Positions 42,701 through 57,700 of a stretch of DNA of 64,000 bases are shown here, one piece after another. The DNA is taken from positions 1,860,001-1,924,000 of the forward strand of contig OZ024757.1 in NCBI GenBank assembly GCA_964016885.1. The letters run 5' to 3'. Under the pieces are notes generated by a model, which was not told the DNA's origin, did not search any database, and saw only the letters and a list, made by a program, of their open reading frames with translations. The position numbers and the translations under genes are program-made. The stretch comes from Eledone cirrhosa. Taxonomy: Eukaryota. The stretch's first letter is position 1. Every line of letters starts with the position of its first letter.

Positions 42701-45700
42701 TAGACAGTTATGGTAGATTAGTGTATAAGGTGGACAGGTAGACAGTTATGGTAGCTTAGTGTATGAGGTGGACAGGTAGACAGTTATGGTAGCTTAGTGT
42801 ATGAGGTGGACAGGTAGACAGTTATGGTAGCTTAGTGTATGAGGTGGACAGGTAGACAGTTATGGTAGCTTAGTGTTTGAGGTGGACAGGTAGACAGATA
42901 TGGTAGCTTAGTGTATGAGGTGGACAGGTAGAGAGTTATGGTAGATTAGTGTATGAGGTGGACAGGTAGACAGTTATGGTAGATTAGTGTATGGGGTGGA
43001 CAGATAGACAGTTATGGTAGATTAGTGTATAAGGTGGACAGGTAGACAGTTATGGTAGCTTAGTGTATGAGGTAGACAGGTAGACAGTTATGGTAGCTTA
43101 GTGTATGAGGTGGACAGGTAGACAGTTATGGTAGCTTAGTGTATGAGGTGGACAGGTAGACAGTTATGGTAGCTTAGTGTATGAGGTAGACAGGTAGACA
43201 GTTATGGTAGATTAGTGTATGAGGTGGACAGGTAGACAGTTATGGTAGATTAGTGTATGAGGTAGACAGGTAGACAGTTATGGTAGATTAGTGTATGAGG
43301 TAGACAGGTAGACAGTTATGGTAGATTAGTGTATGAGGTAGACAGTTATGGTAGCTTAGTGTATGAGGTAGACAGGTAGACAGTTATGGTAGATTAGTGT
43401 ATGAGGTGGACAGGTAGACAGTTATGGTAGCTTAGTGTATTAGGTAGACAGGTAGACAGTTATGGTAGATTAGTGTATGAGGTGGACAGGTAGACAGTTA
43501 TGGTAGCTTAGTGTATGAGGTAGACAGTTATGGTAGCTTAGTGTATGAGGTAGACAGGTAGACAATTATGGTAGATTAGTGTATGAGGTAGACAGTTATG
43601 GTAGCTTAGTGTATGAGGTAGACAGATAGACAGTTATGGTAGATTAGTGTATGAGGTGGACAGGTAGACAGTTATGGTAGCTTAGTGTATTAGGTAGACA
43701 GGTAGACAGTTATGGTAGATTAGTGTATGAGGTGGACAGATAGACACTTATGTTAGATTAGTGTATGAGGTGGACAGGTAGACAGTTATGGTAGATTAGT
43801 GTATGAGGTGGACAGGTAGACAGGAATGGTAGCTTAGTGTATGAGGTAGACAGGTAGACAGTTATGGTAGCTTAGTGTATGAGGTGGACAGGTAGACAGT
43901 TATGGTAGCTTAGTGTATGAGGTGGACAGGTAGACAGTTATGGTAGCTTAGTGTATGAGGTGGACAGGTAGACAGTTATGGTAGCTTAGTGTATGAGGTG
44001 GACAGGTAGACAGTTATGGTAGCTTAGTGTATGAGGTGGACAGGTAGACAGTTATGGTAGCTTAGTGTATGAGGTAGACAGGTAGACAGTTATGGTAGCT
44101 TAGTGTATGAGGTAGACAGGTAGACAGTTATGGTAGCTTAGTGTATGAGGTGGACAGGTAGACAGTTATGGTAGCTTAGTGTATGAGGTGGGCAGGTAGA
44201 CAGTTATGGTAGCTTAGTGTATAAGGTGGACAGGTAGACAGTTATGGTAGCTTAGTGTATAAGGTGGACAGGTAGACAGTTATGGTAGCTTAGTGTATGA
44301 GGTGGACAGGTAGACAGTTATGGTAGATTAGTGTATAAGGTGGACAGGTAGACAGGTATGGTAGATTAGTGTTTGAGGTGGACAGGTAGACAGTTATGGT
44401 AGCTTAGTGTATGAGGTGGACAGGTAGACAGTTATGGAAGCTTAGTTTATGAGGTGGACAGGTAGACAGTTATGGTAGCTTAGTGTATGAGGTAGACAGG
44501 TAGACAGTTATGGTAGCTTAGTGTATGAGGTAGACAGGTAGACAGTTATGGTAGCTTAGTGTATGAGGTGGACAGGTAGACAGTTATGGTAGCTTAGTGT
44601 ATGAGGTAGACAGGTAGACAGGTATGGTAGCTTAGTGTATGAGGTGGACAGGTAGACAGTTATGGTAGCTTAGTGTATAAGATGGACAGGTAGAGAGTTA
44701 TGGTAGCTTAGTATATGAGGTGGACAGGTAGACAGTTATGGTGGCTTAGTGTATGAGGTAGACAGGTAGACAGTTATGGTAGATTAGTGTATAAGGTGGA
44801 CAGGTAGACAGTTATGGTAGATTAGTGTATGAGGTGGACAGGTAGACAGTTATGGCAGCTTAGTGTATAAGGTGGACAGGTGGACAGTTATGGTAGCTTA
44901 GTGTATGAGGTGGACAGGTAGACAGTTATGGTAGCTTAGTGTATGAGGTAGACAGGTAGACAGTTATGGTAGCTTAGTGTATGAGGTAGACAGGTAGACA
45001 GTTATGGTAGCTTAGTGTATGAGGTGGACAGGTAGACAGGTATGGTAGCTTAGTGTTTGAGGTAGACAGGTAGACAGTTATGGTAGCTTAGTGTATGAGG
45101 TAGACAGGTAGACAGGTATGGTAGCTTAGTGTATGAGGTAGACAGGTAGACAGGTATGGTAGCTTAGTGTATGAGGTAGACAGGTAAACAGTTATGGTAG
45201 CTCAGTGTATGAGGTGGACAGGTAGACAGTTATGGTAGCTTAGTGTATGAGGTAGACAGGTAGACAGGTATGGTAGCTTAGTGTATGAGGTAGACAGGTA
45301 GACAGTTATGGTAGCTTAGTGTATGAGGTAGACAGGTAGACAGTTATGGTAGCTTAGTGTATGAGGTGGACAGGTAGACAGTTATGGTAGCTTAGTGTAT
45401 GAGGTGGACAGGTAGACAGTTATGGTAGATTAGTGTATGAGGTGGACAGGTAGACAGTTATGGTAGCTTAGTATATGAGGTGGACAGGTAGACAGTTATG
45501 GTAGCTTAGTGTATGAGGTAGACAGGTAGAGAGTTATGGTAGCTTAGTGTATGAGGTGGACAGGTGGACAGTTATGGTAGCTTAGTGTATGAGGTGGACA
45601 GGTAGACAGTTATGGTAGCTTAGTGTATGAGATAGACAGGTAGACAGTTATGGTAGCTTAGTGTATGAGGTAGACAGGTAGACAGTTATGGTAGCTTAGT

Positions 45701-48700
45701 GTATGAGGTGGACAGGTAGACAGGTATGGTAGCTTAGTGTATGAGGTAGACAGGTAGACAGTTATGGTAGCTTAGTGTATGAGGTAGACAGGTAGACAGG
45801 TATGGTAGCTTAGTGTATGAGGTAGACACGTAGACAGGTATGGTAGCTTAGTTTATGAGGTAGACAGGTAAACAGTTATGGTAGCTTAGTGTATGAGGTA
45901 GACAGGTAGACAGGTATGGTAGCTTAGTGTATGAGGTAGACAGGTAGACAGGTATGGTAGCTTAGTGTATGAGGTAGACAGGTAGACAGTTATGGTAGCT
46001 TAGTGTATGAGGTGGACAGGTAGACAGTTATGGTAGCTTAGTGTATGAGGTAGACAGGCAAACAGTTATGGTAGCTTAGTGTATGAGGTGGACAGGTAGA
46101 CAGTTATGGTAGCTTAGTGTATGAGGTGGACAGGTAGACAGTTATGGTAGCTTAGTGTATGAGGTGGACAGGTAGACAGTTATGGTAGATTAGTGTATAA
46201 GGTGGACAGGTAGACAGTTATGGTAGCTTAGTGTATGAGGTTGACAGGTAAACAGTTATGGTAGCTCAGTGTATGAGGTAGACAGGTAGACAGTTATGGT
46301 AGCTTAGTGTATGAGGTGGACAGGTAGACAGGTATGGTAGCTTAGTGTATGAGGTAGACAGGTAGACAGGTATGGTAGCTTAGTGTATGAGGTAGACAGG
46401 TAAACAGTTATGGTAGCTTAGTGTATGAGGTAGACAGGTAGACAGGTATGGTAGCTTAGTGTATGAGGTAGACAGGTAGACAGGTATGGTAGCTTAGTGT
46501 ATGAAGTGGACAGGTAGACAGTTATGGTAGCTTAGTGTATGAGGTAGACAGGTAGACAGGTATGGTAGCTTAGTGTATGAGGTAGACAGGTAAACAGTTA
46601 TGGTAGCTTAGTGTATGAGGTAGACAGGTAGACAGGTATGGTAGCTTAGTGTATGAGGTAGACAGGTAGACAGGTATGGTAGCTTAGTGTATGAGGTAGA
46701 CAGGTAGACAGTTATGGTAGCTTAGTGTATGAGGTGGACAGGTAGACAGTTATGGTAGCTTAGTGTATGAGGTGGACAGGTAGACAGTTATGGTAGCTTA
46801 GTGTATAAGGTGGACAGGTAGACAGTTATGGTAGCTTAGTGTATAAGGTGGACAGGTAGACAGTTATGGTAGCTTAGTGTATGAGGTGGACAGGTAGACA
46901 GTTATGGTAGATTAGTGTATAAGGTGGACAGGTAGACAGGTATGGTAGATTAGTGTTTGAGGTGGACAGGTAGACAGTTATGGTAGCTTAGTGTATGAGG
47001 TGGAGAGGTAGACAGTTATGGAAGCTTAGTTTATGAGGTGGAAGGTAGACAGTTATGGTAGCTTAGTGTATGAGGTAGACAGGTAGACAGTTATGGTAGC
47101 TTAGTGTATGAGGTAGACAGGTAGACAGTTATGGTAGCTTAGTGTATGAGGTGGACAGGTAGACAGGTATGGTAGCTTAGTGTTTGAGGTAGACAGGTAG
47201 ACAGTTATGGTAGCTTAGTGTATGAGGTAGACAGGTAGACAGGTATGGTAGCTTAGTGTATGAGGTAGACAGGTAGACAGGTATGGTAGCTTAGTGTATG
47301 AGGTAGACAGGTAAACAGTTATGGTAGCTTAGTGTATGAGGTGGACAGGTAGACAGTTATGGTAGCTTAGTGTATGAGGTAGACAGGTAGACAGGTATGG
47401 TAGCTTAGTGTATGAGGTAGACAGGTAGACAGTTATGGTAGCTTAGTGTATGAGGTAGACAGGTAGACAGTTATGGTAGCTTAGTGTATGAGGTGGACAG
47501 GTAGACAGTTATGGTAGCTTAGTGTATGAGGTGGACAGGTAGACAGTTATGGTAGATTAGTGTATAAGGTGGACAGGTAGACAGTTATGGTAGCTTAGTA
47601 TATGAGGTGGACAGGTAGACAGTTATGGTAGCTTAGTGTATGAGGTAGACAGGTAGAGAGTTATGGTAGCTTAGTGTATGAGGTGGACAGGTGGACAGTT
47701 ATGGTAGCTTAGTGTATGAGGTAGACAGGTAGACAGTTATGGTAGCTTAGTGTATGAGGTGGACAGGTAGACAGTTATGGTAGATTAGTGTATGAGGTAG
47801 ACAGGTAGACAGGTATGGTAGCTTAGTGTATGAGGTGGACAGGTAGACAGTTATGGTAGCTTAGTGTATAAGATGGACAGGTAGACAGTTATGGTAGCTT
47901 AGTATATGAGGTGGACAGGTAGACAGTTATGGTAGCTTAGTGTATGAGGTAGACAGGTAGACAGTTATGGTAGCTTAGTGTATGAGGTAGACAGGTAGAC
48001 AGTTATGGTAGCTTAGTGTATGAGGTGGACAGTTAGACAGTTATGGTAGATTAGTGTATGAGGTAGACAGGTAGACAGTTATGGTAGCTTAGTGTATGAG
48101 GTAGACAGGCAAACAGTTATGGTAGCTTAGTGTATGAGGTGGACAGGTAGACAGTTATGGTAGCTTAGTGTATGAGGTGGACAGGTAGAGAGTTATGGTA
48201 GCTTAGTGTATGAGGTGGACAGGTAGACAGTTATGGTAGATTAGTGTATAAGGTGGACAGGTAGACAGTTATGGTAGCTTAGTGTATGAGGTTGACAGGT
48301 AAACAGTTATGGTAGCTCAGTGTATGAGGTAGACAGGTAGACAGTTATGGTAGCTTAGTGTATGAGGTGGACAGGTAGACAGGTATGGTAGCTTAGTGTA
48401 TGAGGTAGACAGGTAGACAGGTATGGTAGCTTAGTGTATGAGGTAGACAGGTAAACAGTTATGGTAGCTTAGTGTATGAGGTAGACAGGTAGACAGGTAT
48501 GGTAGCTTAGTGTATGAGGTAGACAGGTAGACAGGTATGGTAGCTTAGTGTATGAAGTGGACAGGTAGACAGTTATGGTAGCTTAGTGTATGAGGTAGAC
48601 AGGTAGACAGGTATGGTAGCTTAGTGTATGAGGTAGACAGGTAAACAGTTATGGTAGCTTAGTGTATGAGGTAGACAGGTAGACAGGTATGGTAGCTTAG

Positions 48701-51700
48701 TGTATGAGGTAGACAGGTAGACAGGTATGGTAGCTTAGTGTATGAGGTAGACAGGTAGACAGTTATGGTAGCTTAGTGTATGAGGTGGACAGGTAGACAG
48801 TTATGGTAGCTTAGTGTATGAGGTGGACAGGTAGACAGTTATGGTAGCTTAGTGTATTAAGGTGGACAGGTAGACAGTTATGGTAGCTTAGTGTATAAGG
48901 TGGACAGGTAGACAGTTATGGTAGCTTAGTGTATGAGGTGGAGAGGTAGACAGTTATGGAAGCTTAGTTTATGAGGTGGAAGGTAGACAGTTATGGTAGC
49001 TTAGTGTATGAGGTAGACAGGTAGACAGTTATGGTAGCTTAGTGTATGAGGTAGACAGGTAGACAGTTATGGTAGCTTAGTGTATGAGGTGGACAGGTAG
49101 ACAGGTATGGTAGCTTAGTGTTTGAGGTAGACAGGTAGACAGTTATGGTAGCTTAGTGTATGAGGTAGACAGGTAGACAGGTATGGTAGCTTAGTGTATG
49201 AGGTAGACAGGTAGACAGGTATGGTAGCTTAGTGTATGAGGTAGACAGGTAAACAGTTATGGTAGCTTAGTGTATGAGGTGGACAGGTAGACAGTTATGG
49301 TAGCTTAGTGTATGAGGTAGACAGGTAGACAGGTATGGTAGCTTAGTGTATGAGGTAGACAGGTAGACAGTTATGGTAGCTTAGTGTATGAGGTAGACAG
49401 GTAGACAGTTATGGTAGCTTAGTGTATGAGGTGGACAGGTAGACAGTTATGGTAGCTTAGTGTATGAGGTGGACAGGTAGACAGTTATGGTAGATTAGTG
49501 TATAAGGTGGACAGGTAGACAGTTATGGTAGCTTAGTATATGAGGTGGACAGGTAGACAGTTATGGTAGCTTAGTGTATGAGGTAGACAGGTAGAGAGTT
49601 ATGGTAGCTTAGTGTATGAGGTGGACAGGTGGACAGTTATGGTAGCTTAGTGTATGAGGTAGACAGGTAGACAGTTATGGTAGCTTAGTGTATGAGGTGG
49701 ACAGGTAGACAGTTATGGTAGATTAGTGTATGAGGTAGACAGGTAGACAGGTATGGTAGCTTAGTGTATGAGGTGGACAGGTAGACAGTTATGGTAGCTT
49801 AGTGTATAAGATGGACAGGTAGACAGTTATGGTAGCTTAGTATATGACGTGGACAGGTAGACAGTTATGGTAGCTTAGTGTATGAGGTAGACAGGTAGAC
49901 AGTTATGGTAGCTTAGTGTATGAGGTAGACAGGTAGACAGTTATGGTAGCTTAGTGTATGAGGTGGACAGGTAGACAGTTATGGTAGATTAGTGTATGAG
50001 GTAGACAGGTAGACAGGTATGGTAGCTTAGTGTATGAGGTGGACAGGTAGACAGTTATGGTAGCTTAGTGTATAAGATGGACAGGTAGATAGTTATGGTA
50101 GCTTAGTATATGAGGTGGACAGGTAGACAGTTATGGTAGCTTAGTGTATGAGGTAGACAGGTAGACAGTTATGGTAGATTAGTGTATAAGGTGGACAGGT
50201 AGACAGTTATGGTAGATTAGTGTATGAGGTGGACAGGTAGACAGTTATGGCAGCTTAGTGTATAAGGTGGACAGGTGGACAGTTATGGTAGCCTAGTGTA
50301 TGAGGTGGACAGGTAGACAGTTATGGTAGCTTAGTGTATGAGGTAGACAGGTAGACAGTTATGGTAGCTTAGTGTATGAGGTAGACAGGTAGACAGTTAT
50401 GGTAGCTTAGTGTATAAGGTGGACAGGTAGACAGGTATGGTAGCTTAGTGCTTGAGGTAGACAGGTAGACAGTTATGGTAGCTTAGTGTATGAGGTAGAC
50501 AGGTAGACAGGTATGGTAGCTTAGTGTATGAGGTAGACAGGTAGACAGGTATGGTAGCTTAGTGTATGAGGTAGACAGGTAAACAGTTATGGTAGCTTAG
50601 TGTATGAGGTGGACAGGTAGACAGTTATGATAGCTTAGTGTATGAGGTAGACAGGTAGACAGGTATGGTAGCTTAGTGTATGAGGTAGACAGGTAGACAG
50701 TTATGGTAGCTTAGTGTATGAGGTAGACAGGTAGACAGTTATGGTAGCTTAGTTTATGAGGTGGACAGGTAGACAGTTATGGTAGCTTAGTGTATGAGGT
50801 GGACAGGTAGACAGTTACGGTAGATTAGTGTATAAGGTGGACAGGTAGACAGTTATGGTAGCTTAGTATATGAGGTGGACAGGTAGACAGTTATGGTAGC
50901 TTAGTGTATGAGGTAGACAGGTAGAGAGTTATGGTAGCTTAGTGTATGAGGTGGACAGGTGGACAGTTATGGTAGCTTAGTGTATGAGGTGGACAGGTAG
51001 ACAGTTATGGTAGCTTAGTGTATGAGATAGACAGGTAGACAGTTATGGTAGCTTAGTGTATGAGGTAGACAGGTAGACAGTTATGGTAGCTTAGTGTATG
51101 AGGTGGACAGGTAGACAGGTATGGTAGCTTAGTGTATGAGGTAGACAGGTAGACAGTTATGGTAGCTTAGTGTATGAGGTAGACAGGTAGACAGGTATGG
51201 TAGCTTAGTGTATGAGGTAGACACGTAGACAGGTATGGTAGCTTAGTTTATGAGGTAGACAGGTAAACAGTTATGGTAGCTTAGTGTATGAGGTAGACAG
51301 GTAGACAGGTATGGTAGCTTAGTGTATGAGGTAGACAGGTAGACAGGTATGGTAGCTTAGTGTATGAGGTAGACAGGTAGACAGTTATGGTAGCTTAGTG
51401 TATGAGGTGGACAGGTAGACAGTTATGGTAGCTTAGTGTATGAGGTAGACAGGCAAACAGTTATGGTAGCTTAGTGTATGAGGTGGACAGGTAGACAGTT
51501 ATGGTAGCTTAGTGTATGAGGTTGACAGGTAAACAGTTATGGTAGCTTAGTGTATGAGGTGGACAGGTAGACAGTTATGGTAGCTTAGTGTATGAGGTGG
51601 ACAGGTAGACAGTTATGGTAGCTTAGTGTATGAGGTGGACAGGTAGACAGTTATGGTAGATTAGTGTATAAGGTGGACAGGTAGACAGTTATGGTAGCTT

Positions 51701-54700
51701 AGTGTATGAGGTTGACAGGTAAACAGTTATGGTAGCTCAGTGTATGAGGTAGACAGGTAGACAGTTATGGTAGCTTAGTGTATGAGGTGGACAGGTAGAC
51801 AGGTATGGTAGCTTAGTGTATGAGGTAGACAGGTAGACATGTATGGTAGCTTAGTGTATGAGGTAGACAGGTAGACAGTTATGGTAGCTTAGTGTATGAG
51901 GTGGACAGGTAGACAGTTGTGGTAGCTTAGTGTATGAGGTGGACAGGTAGACAGTTATGGTAGCTTAGTGTATGAGGTGGACAGGTAGACAGTTATGGTA
52001 GATTAGTGTATAAGGTGGACAGGTAGAGAGTTATGGTAGCTTAGTGTATGAGGTGGACAGGTAAACAGTTATGGTAGCTTAGTGTATGAGGTAGACAGGT
52101 AGACAGGTATGGTAGCTTACTGTATGAGGTAGACAGGTAGACAGGTATGGTAGCTTAGTGTATGAGGTGGACAGGTAGACAGTTATGGTAGCTTAGTGTA
52201 TGAGGTAGACAGGTAAACAGTTATGGTAGCTTAGTGTATGAGGTAGACAGGTAGACAGGTATGGTAGCTTAGTGTATGAGGTAGACAGGTAGACAGGTAT
52301 GGTAGCTTAGTGTATGAGGTAGACAGGTAGACAGTTATGGTAGCTTAGTGTATGAGGTGGACAGGTAGACAGTTGTGGTAGCTTAGTGTATGAGGTGGAC
52401 AGGTAGACAGTTATGGTAGCTTAGTGTATGAGGTGGACAGGTAGACAGTTATGGTAGATTAGTGTATAAGGTGGACAGGTAGAGAGTTATGGTAGCTTAG
52501 TGTATGAGGTGGACAGGTAAACAGTTATGGTAGCTTAGTGTATGAGGTAGACAGGTAGACAGTCATGGTAGATTAGTGTATGAGATGGACAGGTAGACAG
52601 TTATGGTAGCTTAGTGTATGAGGTGCACAGGTAGACAGTTATGGTAGCTTAGTGTATGAGGTGAACAGGTAGACAGTTATGGTAGATTAGTGTATAAGGT
52701 GGACAGGTAGACAGTTATGGTAGCTTAGTGTATGAGGTGGACAGGTAGACAGTTATGGTAGCTTAGTGTATGAGGTAGACAGGTAGACAGTTATGGTAGC
52801 TTAGTGTATGAGGTGGACAGGTAGACAGTTATGGTAGATTAGTGTATAAGGTGGACAGGTAGACAGTTATGGTAGCTTAGTGTATGAGGTGGACAGGTAG
52901 ACAGTTATGGTAGATTAGTGTGAGGTGGACAGGTAGAGAGTTATGGTAGCTTAGTGTATGAGGTGGACAGGTAGACAGTTATGGTAGCTTAGTGTATGAG
53001 GTGGACAGGTGGACAGTTATGGTAGCTTAGTGTATGAGGTGGACAGCTAGACAGTTATGGTAGCTTAGTGTATGAGGTAGACAGGTAGACAGTTATGGTA
53101 GCTTAGTGTATGAGGTAGACAGGTAGACAGTTATGGTAGCTTAGTGTATGAGGTGGACAGGTAGACAGGTATGGTAGCTTAGTGTATGAGGTAGACAGGT
53201 AGACAGTTATGGTAGCTTAGTGTATGAGGTAGACAGGTAGACAGGTATGGTAGCTTAGTGTATGAGGTAGACAGGTAGACAGGTATGGTAGCTTAGTGTA
53301 TGAGGTAGACAGGTATACAGTTATGGTAGCTTAGTGTATGAGGTAGACAGGTAGACAGGTATGGTAGCTTAGTGTATGAGGTAGACAGGTAGACAGGTAT
53401 GGTAGCTTAGTGTATGAGGTAGACACGTAGACAGGTATGGTAGCTTAGTTTATGAGGTAGACAGGTAAACAGTTATGGTAGCTTAGTGTATGAGGTAGAC
53501 AGGTAGACAGTTATGGTAGCTTAGTGTATGAGGTGGACAGGTAGACAGTTATGGTAGATTAGTGTATAAGGTGGACAGGTAGACAGTTATGGTAGCTTAG
53601 TATATGAGGTGGACAGGTAGACAGTTATGGTAGCTTAGTGTATGAGGTATACAGGTAGACAGTTATGGTAGCTTAGTGTATGAGGTGGACAGGTAGACAG
53701 TTATGGTAGCTTAGTGTATGAGGTGGACAGGTAGACAGTTATGGTAGATTAGTGTATAAGGTGGACAGGTAGACAGTTATGGTAGCTTAGTATATGAGGT
53801 GGACAGGTAGACAGTTATAGTAGCTTAGTGTATGAGGTAGACAGGTAGAGAGTTATGGTAGCTTAGTGTATGAGGTAGACAGGTAGAGAGTTATGGTAGC
53901 TTAGTGTATGAGGTGGACAGGTAGACAGTTATGGTAGCTTAGTGTATGAGGTAGACAGGTAGACAGTTATGGTAGCTTAGTGTATGAGGTAGACAGGTAG
54001 ACAGTTATGGTAGCTTAGTGTATGAGGTAGACAGATAGACAGTTATGGTAGCTTAGTGTATGAGGTGGACAGGTAGACAGGTATGGTAGCTTAGTGTATG
54101 AGGTAGACAGGTAGACAGTTATGGTAGCTTAGTGTATGAGGTAGACAGGTAGACAGGTATGGTAGCTTAGTGTATGAGGTAGACACGTAGACAGGTATGG
54201 TAGCTTAGTTTATGAGGTAGACAGGTAAACAGTTATGGTAGCTTAGTGTATGAGGTAGACAGGTAGACAGGTATGGTAGCTTAGTGTATGAGGTAGACAG
54301 GTAGACAGTTATGGTTGCTTAGTGTATGAGGTGGACAGGTAGACAGTTATGGTAGCTTAGTGTATGAGGTAGACAGGCAAACAGTTATGGTAGCTTAGTG
54401 TATGAGGTGGACAGGTAGACAGTTATGGTAGCTTAGTGTATGAGGTGGACAGGTAGACAGTTCTGGTAGCTTAGTGTATGAGGTGGACAGGTAGACAGTT
54501 ATGGTAGATTAGTGTATAAGGTGAACAGGTAGACAGTTATGGTACTTAGTGTATGAGGTTGACAGGTAAACAGTTATGGTAGCTTAGTGTATGAGGTAGA
54601 CAGGTAGACAGGTATGGTAGCTTAGTGTATGAGGTAGACAGGTAAACAGTTATGGTAGCTTAGTGTATGAGGTAGACAGGTAGACAGGTATGGTAGCTTA

Positions 54701-57700
54701 GTGTATGAGGTAGACAGGTAGACAGGTATGGTAGCTTAGTGTATGAGGTAGACAGGTAAAGAAGTTATGGTAGCTTAGTGTATGAGGTAGACAGGTAGAC
54801 AGGTATGGTAGCTTAGTGTATGAGGTAGACAGGTAGACAGGTATGGTAGCTTAGTGTATGAGGTTGACAGGTAGACAGTTATGGTAGCTTAGTGTATGAG
54901 GTGGACAGGTAGACAGTTATGGTAGATTAGTGTATAAGGTGGACAGGTAGACAGTTATGGTAGCTTAGTGTATGAGGTGGACAGGTAGACAGTTATGGTA
55001 GCTTAGTGTATGAGGTGGACAGGTAGACAGTTATGGTAGCTTAGTGTATGAGGTGGACAGGTAGACAGTTATGGTAGATTAGTGTATAAGGTGGACAGGT
55101 AGACAGTTATGGTAGCTTAGTGTATGAGGTGGACAGGTAAACAGTTATGGTAGCTTAGTGTATGAGGTAGACAGGTAGACAGTTATGGTAGATTAGTGTA
55201 TAAGGTGGACAGGTAGACAGTTATGGTAGATTAGTGTATAAGGTAGACAGGTAAACAGTTATGGTAGCTTAGTGTATGAGGTAGACAGGTAGACAGTTAT
55301 GGTAGATTAGTGTATAAGGTGGACAGGTAGACAGTTATGGTAGATTAGTGTATAAGGTGAACAGGTAGACAGTTATGGTAGATTAGTGTATGAGGTAGAG
55401 AGGTAGACAGTCATGGTAGATTAGTGTATGAGGTGGACAGGTAGACAGTTATGGTAGCTTAGTGTATGAGGTGGACAGGTAGACAGTTATGGTAGCTTAG
55501 TGTATGAGGTGGACAGGTAGACAGTTATGGTAGATTAGTGTATAAGGTGGACAGGTAGACAGTTATGGTAGCTTAGTGTATGAGGTGGACAGGTAGACAG
55601 TTATGGTAGATTAGTGTATGAGGTGGACAGGTAGACAGTTATGGTAGCTTAGTGTATGAGGTGGACAGGTAGACAGTTATGGTAGCTTAGAGTATGAGGT
55701 GGACAGGTAGACAGTTATGGTAGATTAGTGTATAAGGTGGACAGGTAGACAGTTATGGTAGCTTAGTGTATGAGGTGGACAGGTAGACAGTTATGGTAGA
55801 TTAGTGTATGAGGTGGACAGGTAGAGAGTTATGGTAGCTTAGTGTATGAGGTGGACAGGTAGAGAGTTATGGTAGCTTAGTGTATGAGGTGGACAGGTGG
55901 ACAGTTATGGTAGCTTAGTGTATGAGGTGGACAGGTAGACATTTATGGTAGCTTAGTGTATGAGGTAGACAGGTAGACAGTTATGGTAGCTTAGTGTATG
56001 AGGTAGACAGGTAGACAGTTATGGTAGCTTAGTGTATGAGGTGGACAGGTAGACAGGTATGGTAGCTTAGTGTATGAGGTAGACAGGTAGACAGTTATGG
56101 TAGCTTAGTGTATGAGGTAGACAGGTAGACAGGTATGGTAGCTTAGTGTATGAGGTAGACAGGTAGACAGTTATGGTAGCTTAGTGTATGAGGTGGACAG
56201 GTAGACAGGTATGGTAGCTTAGTGTTTGAGGTAGACAGGTAGACAGTTATGGTAGCTTAGTGTATGAGGTAGACAGGTAGACAGGTATGGTAGCTTAGTG
56301 TATGAGGTAGACAGGTAGATAGGTATGGTAGCTTAGTGTATGAGGTAGACAGGTAAACAGTTATGGTAGCTCAGTGTATGAGGTGGACAGGTAGACAGTT
56401 ATGGTAGCTTAGTGTATGAGGTAGACAGGTAGACAGGTATGGTAGCTTAGTGTATGAGGTAGACAGGTAGACAGTTATGGTAGCTTAGTGTATGAGGTAG
56501 ACAGGTAGACAGTTATGGTAGCTTAGTGTATGAGGTGGACAGGTAGACAGTTATGGTAGCTTAGTGTATGAGGTGGACAGATAGACAGTTATGGTAGATT
56601 AGTGTATGAGGTGGACAGGTAGACAGTTATGGTAGCTTAGTATATGAGGTGGACAGGTAGACAGTTATGGTAGCTTAGTGTATGAGGTAGACAGGTAGAC
56701 AGGTATGGTAGCTTAGTGTATGAGGTAGACAGGTAGACAGGTATGGTAGCTTAGTGTATGAGGTAGACAGGTAAACAGTTATGGTAGCTTAGTGTATGAG
56801 GTGGACAGGTAGACAGTTATGGTAGCTTAGTGTATGAGGTAGACAGGTAGACAGGTATGGTAGCTTAGTGTATGAGGTAGACAGGTAGACAGTTATGGTA
56901 GCTTAGTGTATGAGGTAGACAGGTAGACAGTTATGGTAGCTTAGTGTATGAGGTGGACAGGTAGACAGTTATGGTAGCTTAGTGTATGAGGTGGACAGGT
57001 AGACAGTTATGGTAGATTAGTGTATAAGGTGGACAGGTAGACAGTTATGGTAGCTTAGTATATGAGGTGGACAGGTAGACAGTTATGGTAGCTTAGTGTA
57101 TGAGGTAGACAGGTAGAGAGTTATGGTAGCTTAGTGTATGAGGTGGACAGGTGGACAGTTATGGTAGCTTAGTGTATGAGGTAGACAGGTAGACAGTTAT
57201 GGTAGCTTAGTGTATGAGGTGGACAGGTAGACAGTTATGGTAGATTAGTGTATGAGGTAGACAGGTAGACAGGTATGGTAGCTTAGTGTATGAGGTGGAC
57301 AGGTAGACAGTTATGGTAGCTTAGTGTATAAGATGGACAGGTAGACAGTTATGGTAGCTTAGTATATGAGGTGGACAGGTAGACAGTTATGGTAGCTTAG
57401 TGTATGAGGTAGACAGGTAGACAGTTATGGTAGCTTAGTGTATGAGGTAGACAGGTAGACAGTTATGGTAGCTTAGTGTATGAGGTGGACAGGTAGACAG
57501 TTATGGTAGATTAGTGTATGAGGTAGACAGGTAGACAGGTATGGTAGCTTAGTGTATGAGGTGGACAGGTAGACAGTTATGGTAGCTTAGTGTATAAGAT
57601 GGACAGGTAGATAGTTATGGTAGCTTAGTATATGAGGTGGACAGGTAGACAGTTATGGTAGCTTAGTGTATGAGGTAGACAGGTAGACAGTTATGGTAGA

